Assembly: GCA_965204745.1 (NCBI GenBank)
Contig: OZ242010.1
Coordinates: 3,296,001-3,360,000, forward strand
From: Candidatus Latescibacterota bacterium
GTDB lineage: Bacteria > Latescibacterota > UBA2968
DNA: 64,000 nucleotides
Direction of reading: 5' to 3'
In this document: piece by piece, positions 46,842 to 56,640 of the stretch
How the letters are laid out: every line of letters starts with the position of its first letter
Position numbering within the stretch: position 1 is the stretch's first letter
Program-made: the position numbers and the translations under genes
The notes under the pieces: model-generated
The model's input: only the letters and a program-made list of their open reading frames with translations
Database searches by the model: none
What the model was told of the DNA's origin: nothing

Positions 46842-49800
46842 CTATTTAATCACCGCCGCCTTGATAAACCGCACTTCTGTGCGCGTGCCATCGCTGGCTT
46901 GCAGGCGACACAGATAGAGGCCACTGGCGTAATCGGTCACATCCCACGCGATTTCATTGTCGGTATTGGGTATGGGGTTGGCGTGCGCGAGATCGCCGAC
47001 CTTTTCGCCCAGAGGATTGTAAATCGCCACCCTGACCTCGGCCGGTTGCGACAGGAAAAATCGGATGCGCGCGCGGTCGCCGTAGCGCACGGGGTTGGGG
47101 TAGAGATACGCGCGGTCAGGGGGCAAAAGCGCGGGGTCTGTCGGCGGCGCGACCTCGCCCGCCTGTTGAAGCAATCGGCCCGCGTTGCCCGGCCCACCGC
47201 CGAGTTGTCCCCAAATAACGGTGTTGCCCGTGTAAGCCGGGTCAATCGCCTCCAAGTGGAAGAGCTGCGCGCCGCCATCTGCGGTAAAGACCACGAGTTC
47301 TAGCGTGCCGTCTGCGTCCAAGTCGTCGATCAAAGGCGAGGCGAGAATGGGGCCGGACAGCGACAGGGGAAAGCCCGGCAAATGTTGCCCGCGCGCGGTC
47401 AGGCCGTAGAGGAGGCCGCCGGCTGTGCCCACAAAAATATCGGGTGACGAGTCGTCGTCAATGTCCGCAAGAACGGCCGGGGCTCGGATGGGGCCGGCTG
47501 CGTCTTTGAGGGGCAAAGCCAGCGCGCCGCCGGTTTGCAACACCGCGTTGAACCGATACGCCCACACCTCGCCATCGCCGCCAAACAGCACTTCGGCAAA
47601 ACCATCTGCGTCGAGGTCCGCAAGCACTGGGGGAGAATGCGCGCCGCCGGAGATGGGATCGCTCGCAAAAATTAGGCCGTCTGCGTCGAGAATGGAGAGA
47701 ACGCCGTCTGCGGTGACGATGGCGATGTCGTCGTCACCATCCCGATCCAGATCGCCCAATGCCGCGTTGCCGATTACGGGATGCGCGAATGCGGCGAGGA
47801 GATCGGATTGCCCGGATGCGTGGATGAGATGCACTTCGCCGTTGCCGGTCACAGCGATGAGTTCATTGTCCGCGTCGCCATCGACATTGCCCACGGCCAG
47901 GGATTGCACTGCGTCGCGCAAAACGACGCTGCCCACGGCTTGGGACGAGAAATGGCCCCATTCGATTTTCCCATCGCGTTGCCCCCAAATATCGACACGG
48001 GCTTCGGGAAAATGTGCAATCACCGGCGGCGCGGAGAACAATGCGGGGACGGCGACCGAATCGCGAATCGCGCCGCCGGGTTGCCAATGCGTTCTCGCCC
48101 TCGCGCTCGAGAAGATGAACTCGGATGGATCGCCCGTGGCCGGGGTAGAGGAACTGCTGTCGCATGACTCCGCCATTTCAAACGCCGCGCCGCTGACGCG
48201 CCAAGCGATAGACGATTCCGAACAGCCGAGGATTTCTTTTGTCCCATCGCCGTCGAGGTCGATGGCGCGAGGCGCGCGCCGCGTGGGATTCAATCCCGCT
48301 ATGGGCCAGTTGTCCGCGCGATTGGCAAAGCGAATGGCGACGCGCATCACTTCGCCGGGGGGGCTGAGCACTTCGATAGTGATGCCGGTTTCATAGCCCA
48401 AATTGCTGCGCGTATTCGGCGCGGTGTTCGGGCCAAACACCGCGTTGTTGCCCACGTAAAAAGCATCTTCGGGCGCGCCTTCGATGTTGCCGAGGGAAAT
48501 GATGCCGCTTTGGACGATGCGGCGGGCCGATACATTGCCGATGTCCTGCAAGCCGTCGGCTTCTTCGAGGGCAATGCCGCGGCGGTATTGGGCGTCCGCG
48601 ATTTTGTACTCCGGATGGCTGTTGATGGGATTTTCCGAGTCGCTAGCCCGAATCACCGCGTCGTCGATGTGGTAGATGAGAATGCCGGAGCCGGGGATGA
48701 ACGCATCGTAATCATCTGCAAAGAGCCAGACCCCGTGAGGCGTGGAAAATTGGATTTGCGGGACGCGGTTTTCCACCTCGAGGCGCGAGAGCCGGTTTTC
48801 GATGAGGAAGTATTCGGTCGCGCTGATGGGCACGCGCACGGCTTGGGGCAACTCGGACGCGCTGCCGTTTGCGGCGATTTCCACGGTGTCGTTTTGGGTG
48901 ATGACGAGCGGTTTGATCCAGCCGAGTTGCATGCGCGACCACGCCATCATGCGGCTGGGCAAAAAGCCGATGAGATGCGTGGCGTCGCCGGTTTGGGGGC
49001 GAACGCCCAAGCGCGCGGCGTCAATTTGGTTGTTCGCGCCGGTGTCCATCAAGCACCAGTCGCCGAGGGCGGGCAGGTCGTTTTCAAAATCCGAAAGCCC
49101 GGGCAAGCCGAGTTGCGACGCGAAAAACCGCGCGAGCGTGCCATTGAGGCCGCCCCGGCCGTTCTCGCTGATGGCTTCGGGCAATAGCATGCCAGAGCGC
49201 ACGTAAACCGCGCCATTGTTGACGGCAATCGCGCCATCGACCAGTTCGACGAGATCGCGTTCCAAAATGAATGCCGAGGGGATGTCGTTGAGCCGTTGAC
49301 TCGCCTCGCCGCCTAGGCCCGCGTGAAACACCGCAAAAGCCCGATATTGCGAGAAATCGATAGCATCGGCGGCATCGGCGGCGCGGATGCCATCCCGAAA
49401 GAGCCGGGTGACGCGCTCGTCGATTTCCCGCCGGGTGCGCCCATTGCCGTAGTCGATCAACGGCGCGTCGAGCACATAACTGCCGTTTGGGTCTTGCGGG
49501 TACACATCGCATTCGATGATCAACTGCCCGTTGGATACGGTTCGATAATAATTGGCGAGTGCGCGCAGGTGGGCTTCAAAATAGGCGCGATTGTGGGGGG
49601 GCGCGTCAAAGGGATAGGCGCGGTCAGCCGCTCGCGCCGAGAGATCGAACGCGCCATTCCCGCTGGTGGTCTCGTTGTCCGGCTCTTCGGGCGGAAAAGA
49701 CACGCGCACGGCCAAAACGCGCCAAGTATCGGCCTGCGCCGCGCACGGGGCCGAACCAAAAGAAAGAGCCACAAGGCACGGGAGGATCGCGCAAACGCCC

Positions 49801-49853
49801 CCCCAAATGCCTTGTGGCTTGCAAATCGCAGTGATGCACCGCGCCATTTTCAT
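46842..49853 (-). CDS. Secreted protein: M6/immune-inhibitor-A-like N-terminus, FG-GAP repeats, T9SS-type C-terminal sorting domain
   Basis: EYFLIENR, GILIYHID, EEADG motifs; DLDGDG repeats; YPNP...IYNPLGEKV...ASGLYLCRL tail. Confidence 0.72.
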   Translation of the reverse strand: MKMARCITAICKPQGIWGGVCAILPCLVALSFGSAPCAAQADTWRVLAVRVSFPPEEPDNETTSGNGAFDLSARAADRAYPFDAPPHNRAYFEAHLRALANYYRTVSNGQLIIECDVYPQDPNGSYVLDAPLIDYGNGRTRREIDERVTRLFRDGIRAADAADAIDFSQYRAFAVFHAGLGGEASQRLNDIPSAFILERDLVELVDGAIAVNNGAVYVRSGMLLPEAISENGRGGLNGTLARFFASQLGLPGLSDFENDLPALGDWCLMDTGANNQIDAARLGVRPQTGDATHLIGFLPSRMMAWSRMQLGWIKPLVITQNDTVEIAANGSASELPQAVRVPISATEYFLIENRLSRLEVENRVPQIQFSTPHGVWLFADDYDAFIPGSGILIYHIDDAVIRASDSENPINSHPEYKIADAQYRRGIALEEADGLQDIGNVSARRIVQSGIISLGNIEGAPEDAFYVGNNAVFGPNTAPNTRSNLGYETGITIEVLSPPGEVMRVAIRFANRADNWPIAGLNPTRRAPRAIDLDGDGTKEILGCSESSIAWRVSGAAFEMAESCDSSSSTPATGDPSEFIFSSARARTHWQPGGAIRDSVAVPALFSAPPVIAHFPEARVDIWGQRDGKIEWGHFSSQAVGSVVLRDAVQSLAVGNVDGDADNELIAVTGNGEVHLIHASGQSDLLAAFAHPVIGNAALGDLDRDGDDDIAIVTADGVLSILDADGLIFASDPISGGAHSPPVLADLDADGFAEVLFGGDGEVWAYRFNAVLQTGGALALPLKDAAGPIRAPAVLADIDDDSSPDIFVGTAGGLLYGLTARGQHLPGFPLSLSGPILASPLIDDLDADGTLELVVFTADGGAQLFHLEAIDPAYTGNTVIWGQLGGGPGNAGRLLQQAGEVAPPTDPALLPPDRAYLYPNPVRYGDRARIRFFLSQPAEVRVAIYNPLGEKVGDLAHANPIPNTDNEIAWDVTDYASGLYLCRLQASDGTRTEVRFIKAAVIK

Positions 49854-49867
49854 GTGCCCAATTCGTG

Positions 49868-50935
49868 TTAAAATGTGAATCCACCCGTGAAGCGGAACGT
49901 GTTGCTAGCGGGCGTGTCTTCATTTTTCAAAAAATACGAAATGTCGAAATTTGCCCAGTTGTATTTTAGGCCCAGGCCAAAAGTGAGCAATTTGCGGTTG
50001 CCATCCTTGTCGTAAGAATAGCCGCTGCGCAGGGCAAACGCCGAATCTTCAGAAAGCCAGTACATCCATTCCGCGCCGGCGTGGTAATCTATATCGTCAA
50101 ATTCCGTGAACCCGTTGCCGCCGCCCTCTTTGGGCTTCCAGCCATAGGGATCGTCGTTCCAGCCCGAGATAAAGGAAAAAAATCCATCGTGCGCCAGGGG
50201 CTTGTACACGTCGGCGGTGAGAATCAGGTGATACGCGTCGGTTTTGAGCACTTGGTACGCGATGCCCAAAACGAAATTTTGCGGCAGGGGATCGGCTTGG
50301 TCCGCGTCGATAAAGGTCATGTTGGGGCCCACATTTCGCAGGACGCTGGCCAGGGTCAGGCGGCGCGTGGCGGCCCACATCAGGCCCAAGTCCCCGGCAA
50401 ACGTGGTCGCCGTGCCTTTGCCCTGCTCGATTCCCGCGCCCGTTTCGGAGAGGTGTTCGTGGACGAACTTCACCGTAATGCCCAGCGCGAGATTTTTGAA
50501 GAGATGCGTGCCGTAGGACACGCCTAGTGCCATGCCATAGCTCTTAAACGTGCCGAGATCATTGCCTTCCTCATCCGTGCGTTGTTGTTCGCCCAACGAA
50601 CTGTAAATGAGGCTGTATCCCAGATTGCCAATGCCACTAAACGGGTGGGTGTAAGCTCCGAATGACGAAAAGATGTCGCTGGCCAGTCCGGGAACGGGTT
50701 TGTACAAGGTGGTGCTCAGGTTGCGAATTTTTTGCGAGGCCAGCGCGGCCGGGTTGTAATACGTGGCATTGGCATCATCGGCAATGGCGATATAAGCATT
50801 GCCCATGCCCGATGCGCGGGCAGATGGGGCAAACAACAAAAAGTTGGCCGTGGCCTGAGATTCCGGCGTCGCGTGAACGTGCGTGCTGAAAAGGCCGATG
50901 CCAATGGCGAACAGGGCGATGAGACGGTAGGTCAT
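49868..50935 (-). CDS. PorV/PorQ-family outer-membrane beta-barrel
   Basis: FLLFAPSARASGMG...DDANATYYNPAAL motif; signal peptide; C-terminal Phe. Confidence 0.82.
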   Translation of the reverse strand: MTYRLIALFAIGIGLFSTHVHATPESQATANFLLFAPSARASGMGNAYIAIADDANATYYNPAALASQKIRNLSTTLYKPVPGLASDIFSSFGAYTHPFSGIGNLGYSLIYSSLGEQQRTDEEGNDLGTFKSYGMALGVSYGTHLFKNLALGITVKFVHEHLSETGAGIEQGKGTATTFAGDLGLMWAATRRLTLASVLRNVGPNMTFIDADQADPLPQNFVLGIAYQVLKTDAYHLILTADVYKPLAHDGFFSFISGWNDDPYGWKPKEGGGNGFTEFDDIDYHAGAEWMYWLSEDSAFALRSGYSYDKDGNRKLLTFGLGLKYNWANFDISYFLKNEDTPASNTFRFTGGFTF

Positions 50936-51246
50936 GATTCTCTCCTTGAGAAAGTTGGCCGGGAACCCTGCAAGATATGAAAAAACCCGGAATGAGCGCG
51001 TGGGATGCGCCGCCAACCGGGTGGGGCATTCCAAACATCGCGCGCTAAAGCAGGCAATCTCGGCCAGTGGACAAGTGCCGACTGGGGGTGACAAATAATG
51101 ATGAACGACAAAAAACCAATGCTTTAGCGGTGATGCGATAGACAAATTCCCTGTTTGATGTCGAAAGCAAAAAATCGCTTGTTTGAGACTCGTGCGTTGC
51201 CTATTTTCTGACCGCACATTTTTAATAGGCGAGAAAGGAGAAAACC

Positions 51247-51507
51247 GTGATCGATCAAAATTTACTCGATGTTTTGGCCTGCCCCGAGAACAAAACGCCC
51301 GTAAAATTGGGCGATCAACCGCTGATTGATGCCATCAACCGCGCGATAAAACAAGGCGAGATCGAAAACCGAGGCGGGCAAAAAGTTGAACATCCGATAG
51401 ACGGGGGCTTGGTGCGCGAAGATGGCCTGTATTTGTATCCGATTCGAGATGCCATTCCCATTATGTTGATCGACGAAGCCATTTCGCTTAAAAATGTGCA
51501 GGTCTAA
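51247..51507 (+). CDS. Trm112-like (UPF0434) protein
   Basis: LLDVLACP...YPIRDAIPIMLIDEA. Confidence 0.85.
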   Translation: MIDQNLLDVLACPENKTPVKLGDQPLIDAINRAIKQGEIENRGGQKVEHPIDGGLVREDGLYLYPIRDAIPIMLIDEAISLKNVQV

Positions 51508-51625
51508 ATTCTCTGCACTTGGGAAAGTTCAGCAAATCCCGCGCATGTGTCAAGCCTTTTTTGTTTGGTTTATACGTTTTCCCCAACGGCTAGTTCCGCT
51601 TTTTCTCAACAAAAAATCAATTGCG

Positions 51626-53131
51626 ATGTCGCGTACCATCGATCAGATGAGAGTCGGTTTGCAACAAAATGCGTGGATCATCCTCGCGCTGGGGATGTTC
51701 TCCGTCGGGTGCGGCGGAGCGTCCGATGAGACGGGAACCCCGCCTGTCACCGCCCTCGACAGCGGTCAAATAACCTGGCGAAACTGGCAACAAAGAGATT
51801 CTGCCCGCGTGCTCGGTCGCCCGATGCTGTTGTTTTTCTACACGCAACGGTCGGTTTGGTGCCGAGACATGGCGGCGCGATGTTTTGAAAATGAAGCGAT
51901 CACCCGCGCGATAGCGCGCCACGCCTTGCCGATATGGATCGACGCGGATCAACGCCCGGATTTGTTTGAGCGTTTTGGCATGGGCGGCGTTCCCTCGGTC
52001 TCTTTTTTAACGCCTGACGGGCAGCGGATCACGGGTAGCACCTATCTCGATCCCGACGATTTGACAGAACTCTTGCGGCGGGTGCAAATTTTGTACGAAA
52101 ACCCCGATAGGCTGACCGCGCTCGAAGCGCAACGGACAGAGTTGAACCGGCGCGCAGCACTTCATCAAAAGAAGCATCCGAGACCCCGCATCGCGCACGG
52201 CACGGCACTGTTGCACCGCGTGCGCGACAGTTTGAACGCCGTGGTCAAACGCGGGGTTGACCCCGGCCCCGAGGGCCTGCTCGCGCTTGCAGAAGCGGGG
52301 GTCGATTCGCCGTTGATCCAGTTTGCCCACAGCGCCCGGCGCGCCGCCGATGGCACTTACGTGCAGGGCGTGTTGACACCTCGCGGGCCCGTGATCGATG
52401 CGGAAAAACACATGGCGGTCAATGCCCAACTGCTGATGGCGTATGCACGGGTCAATTTGTCGCGCAATCTGGCCGATGCCATGCTGCGACAATTCGCGGT
52501 ATCGGGCGATGTTTTGTTGGGCGCGGGGCTTGCGGGTTTCCGCGATCCATCCGGGCGGGCATTGCGAGATACCGCGGTTTATTCGGGGTGGAACGCGCTG
52601 GCTGTTTCGGGGTTGTGCGCTACGTTTCGAGACACCGACGAGAAGCGGTATTTGGATGCGGCGCGGCGAATTTTTGACGCGATTAAAACGCGATTTATCC
52701 GGCGCGATGGCTCGTTCGCCCACGCGCAATCGCCGAACGCGCCCGGTTTTTTGCAAGATCAGGTTTTCATCATCCGCGCTGCGCTCGACTTGTTTGACGC
52801 CGAAGCCCGACCGGCCGATTTGTCATTTGCGCGCATGCACGCAGATCGGGTCATGGCCGCGTTTGCCGATTCTTCGGGCGCTCTAAAAGACCGCACGCCC
52901 GATGCCGATATCGCTGTCGCGCCCGCAGTGGATCGGTGGCTGCCCTCGGCAAATGGGGTGGCCGCGCAGGTTTTGATGCGGCTTTTCGTGCAGACAAACA
53001 TGTCGCGCTATCGAAATGGGGCAGAGGCGATTTTGACGGCTCTCGTTGGCCCCAACATAGATCGCATCGGATACGCCGGCGCCTTGCACCGCGCCTTGGC
53101 CTTATTCGTGCGGGAAAGCGAAAACAGATGA
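51626..53131 (+). CDS. DUF255 thioredoxin / YyaL-like protein, probable lipoprotein
   Basis: Lipobox SVGC; WCRDM, DQRPDL, GGVPS, GSTY, SGWNAL, PSANG motifs; start uncertain. Confidence 0.72.
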   Translation: MSRTIDQMRVGLQQNAWIILALGMFSVGCGGASDETGTPPVTALDSGQITWRNWQQRDSARVLGRPMLLFFYTQRSVWCRDMAARCFENEAITRAIARHALPIWIDADQRPDLFERFGMGGVPSVSFLTPDGQRITGSTYLDPDDLTELLRRVQILYENPDRLTALEAQRTELNRRAALHQKKHPRPRIAHGTALLHRVRDSLNAVVKRGVDPGPEGLLALAEAGVDSPLIQFAHSARRAADGTYVQGVLTPRGPVIDAEKHMAVNAQLLMAYARVNLSRNLADAMLRQFAVSGDVLLGAGLAGFRDPSGRALRDTAVYSGWNALAVSGLCATFRDTDEKRYLDAARRIFDAIKTRFIRRDGSFAHAQSPNAPGFLQDQVFIIRAALDLFDAEARPADLSFARMHADRVMAAFADSSGALKDRTPDADIAVAPAVDRWLPSANGVAAQVLMRLFVQTNMSRYRNGAEAILTALVGPNIDRIGYAGALHRALALFVRESENR

Positions 53132-54015
53132 CCGACAACCGCTTGCTCATCGTGGGCGCGTCCGGCTTTTTGGGACACGCGCTTTGCGATACGCCCAGCA
53201 CTTGGGAGCGCGTGCCCGCATCTCGCAGGGGTCAGAAGGGGCACCGCTTCGTGGATGTGACGCAACCCGAATCCGTGCGCGATGCGGTATCGCAAGTGCG
53301 CCCTCGATGGGTGATCAATGCCACGGCCCTGACGAGCGTCGATGACTGCGAGCGAAATCCCGACCTCGCGCGTGCCGTACACATCGACGGCACGCGCAAC
53401 CTCATTCGGGCGTGCGAACAAGTCGGCTGCGGGTTGGTGAACGTATCGACCAATTATGTGTTTGACGGAAAAAAGGGGCCTTATGCCGAAGGCGATGAAG
53501 CGCGGCCGATCAATGTGTATGGACGGACCAAGTTGGAAAGCGAACGCCTCGTGTTGCACGCACGTTGCCCCGGCATCGTGGTACGCACGGCGGTTTTGTA
53601 CGGCTTTCGCCCGGGGTGTCGGCCCAATTTTGTGACGTGGGCTATGGCCTCGCTGGCATCGCGTCTGCCCATTCGCGTGGTGACCGACGAATGGGCAAAT
53701 CCGACCTTTGTCGATGAACTCGCGGCGTTTATCTCGTCGCTGTGTCACACCGAATTTCGCGGCGTGGTGCATTTTGGCGGGGCGGATTTTTTGACGCGCT
53801 TTGAAATGGTCGAGCGGATCTGCGCCGTGATGGACTTCGATCTCGGCCTCGCAGCTGCCACCCCATCTGCCGAATTTGGACAACCCGCGCAACGCCCACT
53901 CCGCGCAGGGCTTTGCACGACCCGCGCCCAAACCCTGTGCGATGTCGCGCCCGCTCCTTTTGACCACAATTTGAGACGACTAAAGCGCGTCCTTCCCCAA
54001 AGAGACTATGTCTGA
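53128..54015 (+). CDS. rfbD: dTDP-4-dehydrorhamnose reductase family
   Basis: GASGFLG, VDDCE, STNYVFDG, YGRTK, RP motifs. Confidence 0.82.
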   Translation: MTDNRLLIVGASGFLGHALCDTPSTWERVPASRRGQKGHRFVDVTQPESVRDAVSQVRPRWVINATALTSVDDCERNPDLARAVHIDGTRNLIRACEQVGCGLVNVSTNYVFDGKKGPYAEGDEARPINVYGRTKLESERLVLHARCPGIVVRTAVLYGFRPGCRPNFVTWAMASLASRLPIRVVTDEWANPTFVDELAAFISSLCHTEFRGVVHFGGADFLTRFEMVERICAVMDFDLGLAAATPSAEFGQPAQRPLRAGLCTTRAQTLCDVAPAPFDHNLRRLKRVLPQRDYV

Positions 54016-54730
54016 TCAAAAACTCCGCATTTCTCTGATTACCCCCACGTACAACGAGCGCGAAAATATCGCGTTGTTGGCCGAAGAAATTTTTGGCGTT
54101 TTGAAAGACCATCCCGCCATCGATCTCGAATTGATCGTGGTCGATGACAATTCGCCCGATGGCACGGGTGAGGTGGCCGAATCGCTCACAAATCGCTATC
54201 CCGTGCAGGTGGTTCATCGCGCCGGAAAACTGGGCTTGGGCAGCGCGGTGATGGCCGGATTTGCGCGGTCCAACCGCGATCTGTTGGGCGTGATGGACGC
54301 GGATTTGAGCCACGATCCCATCGTGTTACCCCAACTCATTTACGGGTTGCGGGATTGCGATCTGTCCATTGGCAGCCGGTTCGATGCGGACAGTCACGTT
54401 GAAAAATGGGCGTGGTACCGCAAAGCGATTTCGCAAGTCGGGGTGTTTTTCGCACGGCGATTGACCGGCGTGCAAGACCCGCTGGCGGGCTACTTCTTTT
54501 TGCACCGGCGCGTCATTCAAGACATGGCCCTGACTTCGCCGGGGTACAAAATTTTGCTGGAAATTCTGGTCAAGGGGCACTACGCCTCCCTGTTGGAAGT
54601 GCCCTTTGTCTTTCGCCACCGGCAATACAGCAGCAGCAAATTGAACGGGATGGAGTACTATTTGTTTGCCAAACAATTGTTGACCTTCTACTTTTTGCGG
54701 CGAAAAAAGCCCAAAATTCACACCGACTAG
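54008..54730 (+). CDS. Polyprenol-phosphate mannose synthase (Dpm1-like GT2)
   Basis: PTYNERENI, VDDNSPDGT, GLGSA, MDADLSH, GYKILLE motifs. Confidence 0.85.
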   Translation: MSDQKLRISLITPTYNERENIALLAEEIFGVLKDHPAIDLELIVVDDNSPDGTGEVAESLTNRYPVQVVHRAGKLGLGSAVMAGFARSNRDLLGVMDADLSHDPIVLPQLIYGLRDCDLSIGSRFDADSHVEKWAWYRKAISQVGVFFARRLTGVQDPLAGYFFLHRRVIQDMALTSPGYKILLEILVKGHYASLLEVPFVFRHRQYSSSKLNGMEYYLFAKQLLTFYFLRRKKPKIHTD

Positions 54731-54812
54731 GTTCGGGTATTTTTGCTTGACAGTGGGGCAACTGGCCTATATGTTGCTTCAGACACTCGGGACCATAAAT
54801 TTTGGAGGCATT

Positions 54813-55484
54813 ATGTCAGACCAGCGCGAACTCAAAACCCAAATTACCCTGCCGCTTTCCAAAGCGATAGAGATCAGTTTTAATAGCGTTAAAATCCGCT
54901 TTGGGCGGTCCTTGATCACCGTGAGTGGCATCGTGCTCGCCATTGCATTTTTGATGTCGATTTGGGCGGGCAATGCCATTGTCGAGGGGTTGATTTCTGC
55001 GGGCGATCCCAAGATCAATTTGGTGTTGCAACAAAAAGGGGTTGAAATCGATCCGGACAGCACTGCTGCCAGACAAAAACAATCAAAGGATACGTGGCTG
55101 GTGGTGTTGTCCCTGCTCGTGTGTCTGGTGGGGATTGCCAATGCCATGCTGATGTCCGTCACCGAGCGCTTCCGCGAGATCGGCACGATGAAGTGCATGG
55201 GCGCGCTGGATGGGTTTATCATCAAGTTGTTCATTCTCGAATCCACATTTATGGGCATTGCGGGCACAATTATCGGCGTGGTCGTGGGATTCGTGCTGAC
55301 TGCGTTGCTCAATATGTCGAGTTTTGGCACGGTCATTTTTGACCATCTGCCCATGTACCAAGTTTTCTTATACGGCATTTTGGCCGTCGGGATCGGTTCC
55401 ATCTTGTCCCTGATAGGCGGCATCTTACCCGCGTACCGCGCCGCCAAGATGGAGCCTGTCGACGCGATGTCTTTGGAAGTGTGA
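54813..55484 (+). CDS. FtsX/MacB-like ABC permease
   Basis: SVTERFREIGTMKCMGA, PAYRAAKMEPVDAM; GGAGG RBS. Confidence 0.85.
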   Translation: MSDQRELKTQITLPLSKAIEISFNSVKIRFGRSLITVSGIVLAIAFLMSIWAGNAIVEGLISAGDPKINLVLQQKGVEIDPDSTAARQKQSKDTWLVVLSLLVCLVGIANAMLMSVTERFREIGTMKCMGALDGFIIKLFILESTFMGIAGTIIGVVVGFVLTALLNMSSFGTVIFDHLPMYQVFLYGILAVGIGSILSLIGGILPAYRAAKMEPVDAMSLEV

Positions 55485-55487
55485 GTT

Positions 55488-55620
55488 AAGTAGTCAGCGG
55501 TCAGTAGCCAGTCGTCAGTTACCCCGCCCCAAGGCGATGCCTGTACTGATTGCTGACCGCGAACGACCAACTGCTTGGGGCCAGTGGGTGGACTGATAAC
55601 CGACAACCGACAACTGAACT
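55488..55620. repeat. Degenerate inverted heptamer arrays (AGTAGTC-like / CAACCGA-like)
   Basis: AGTAGTC AGCGGTC AGTAGCC AGTCGTC ... ACTGATA ACCGACA ACCGACA ACTGA. Confidence 0.65.
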
Positions 55621-55631
55621 CGAGGTGTTTT

Positions 55632-56408
55632 ATGGCTATTGAAGAAACGACAGAAACCACTGCTACCGCAGAGGCCGAAGAGGCAACCGTCGTGCGGACG
55701 CAGGACGTGAAAAAGGTCTATGTGATGGGCGAAGAGGAGATTCACGCGCTCAAAGGCGTGGACCTGGAAGTCTCGCAGGGCGAGTACCTGTCCATCATGG
55801 GGCCTTCGGGATCTGGCAAGAGTACCTTGTTCAACATGGTGGGCGGGTTGGACAAGCCGACCGAGGGCAAGGTCTATATCGACGATGTGGATGTGGCCCA
55901 ACTCGACGCGTATGAACTCGCGTGGTTGCGCTGCCGCAAGATCGGCTACATTTTCCAATCCTACAATTTGATTCCGGTGATGACCGCGCTCGAAAATGTC
56001 ACCTTGCCGATGGTCTTTGCCGGGCTGACGAGCGATGAAGCGCGCGAGAAGGGCGTGGATTTGCTGACGCAAGTGGGCCTGGGCGAGCGCGTGATGCACA
56101 AGCCCTTTGAGCTGTCGGGTGGACAACAACAGCGCGTGGCGGTCGCGCGGGCCTTTGCCAATGATCCCGCGATCATTTTGGCCGATGAGCCGACCGGGAA
56201 TCTCGATTTGAATACCGGGCGCGAGATTATCGAATTGCTGCGCCGGATGAACGAAGAGTCGGGCGTGACCGTGATTTCCGCCACGCACGATCACAAAATG
56301 CTATCCGTATCCGACCGCGTGGTGTGGGTGCGCGATGGCCGCGTGGATCGCGTGATCGACCGCGATGAGTTGAAAATCGAGGTGGGCACGATCGACGGGC
56401 ATGAGTAA
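55632..56408 (+). CDS. ABC transporter ATP-binding protein (LolD/MacB-like)
   Basis: GPSGSGKS, LSGGQQQR, ILADEPTGNLD motifs. Confidence 0.92.
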   Translation: MAIEETTETTATAEAEEATVVRTQDVKKVYVMGEEEIHALKGVDLEVSQGEYLSIMGPSGSGKSTLFNMVGGLDKPTEGKVYIDDVDVAQLDAYELAWLRCRKIGYIFQSYNLIPVMTALENVTLPMVFAGLTSDEAREKGVDLLTQVGLGERVMHKPFELSGGQQQRVAVARAFANDPAIILADEPTGNLDLNTGREIIELLRRMNEESGVTVISATHDHKMLSVSDRVVWVRDGRVDRVIDRDELKIEVGTIDGHE

Positions 56409-56416
56409 AATCCCCC

Positions 56417-56446
56417 TTGACAATTCGTTTTGAAATTGGTTATCTT
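56417..56446 (+). promoter_or_regulatory. trp operon promoter (TTGACA-18-TATCTT)
   Basis: Consensus-like hexamers upstream of the leader. Confidence 0.6.
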
Positions 56447-56470
56447 TGGCGCACCTGAAAGGAATTTGAC

Positions 56471-56566
56471 ATGAACGCTTTTGCAACCCACTTTTGGTCT
56501 CGTCAATTCGACTGGCGATATTATTATCGCCGCCCGTCCAAAGGTGTGGTTTGCCCTGCGTGTTGA
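56471..56566 (+). CDS. trpL: trp operon leader peptide MNAFATHFWSRQFDWRYYYRRPSKGVVCPAC
   Basis: GAAAGGA RBS; 2 Trp, 3 Phe and 3 Tyr codons; followed by a terminator before trpE. Confidence 0.72.
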   Translation: MNAFATHFWSRQFDWRYYYRRPSKGVVCPAC

Positions 56567-56591
56567 GTGTTTTGTACGTGAATACACAATG

Positions 56592-56623
56592 AGGTCGTGG
56601 GCAACTAGCTCACGGCCTTTTTT
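56592..56623 (+). terminator. Attenuator terminator
   Basis: AGGTCGTGGG(C)-loop-(G)CTCACGGCCT followed by TTTTT, 17 nt before the trpE ATG. Confidence 0.78.
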
Positions 56624-56640
56624 GGTTTTAGGATTTTCAG

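Noticed and set aside
46375-46917. Pro/Leu/Ser-rich ORFs in the repeat region
   Set aside because: Translations of heptamer arrays, low complexity, no start context
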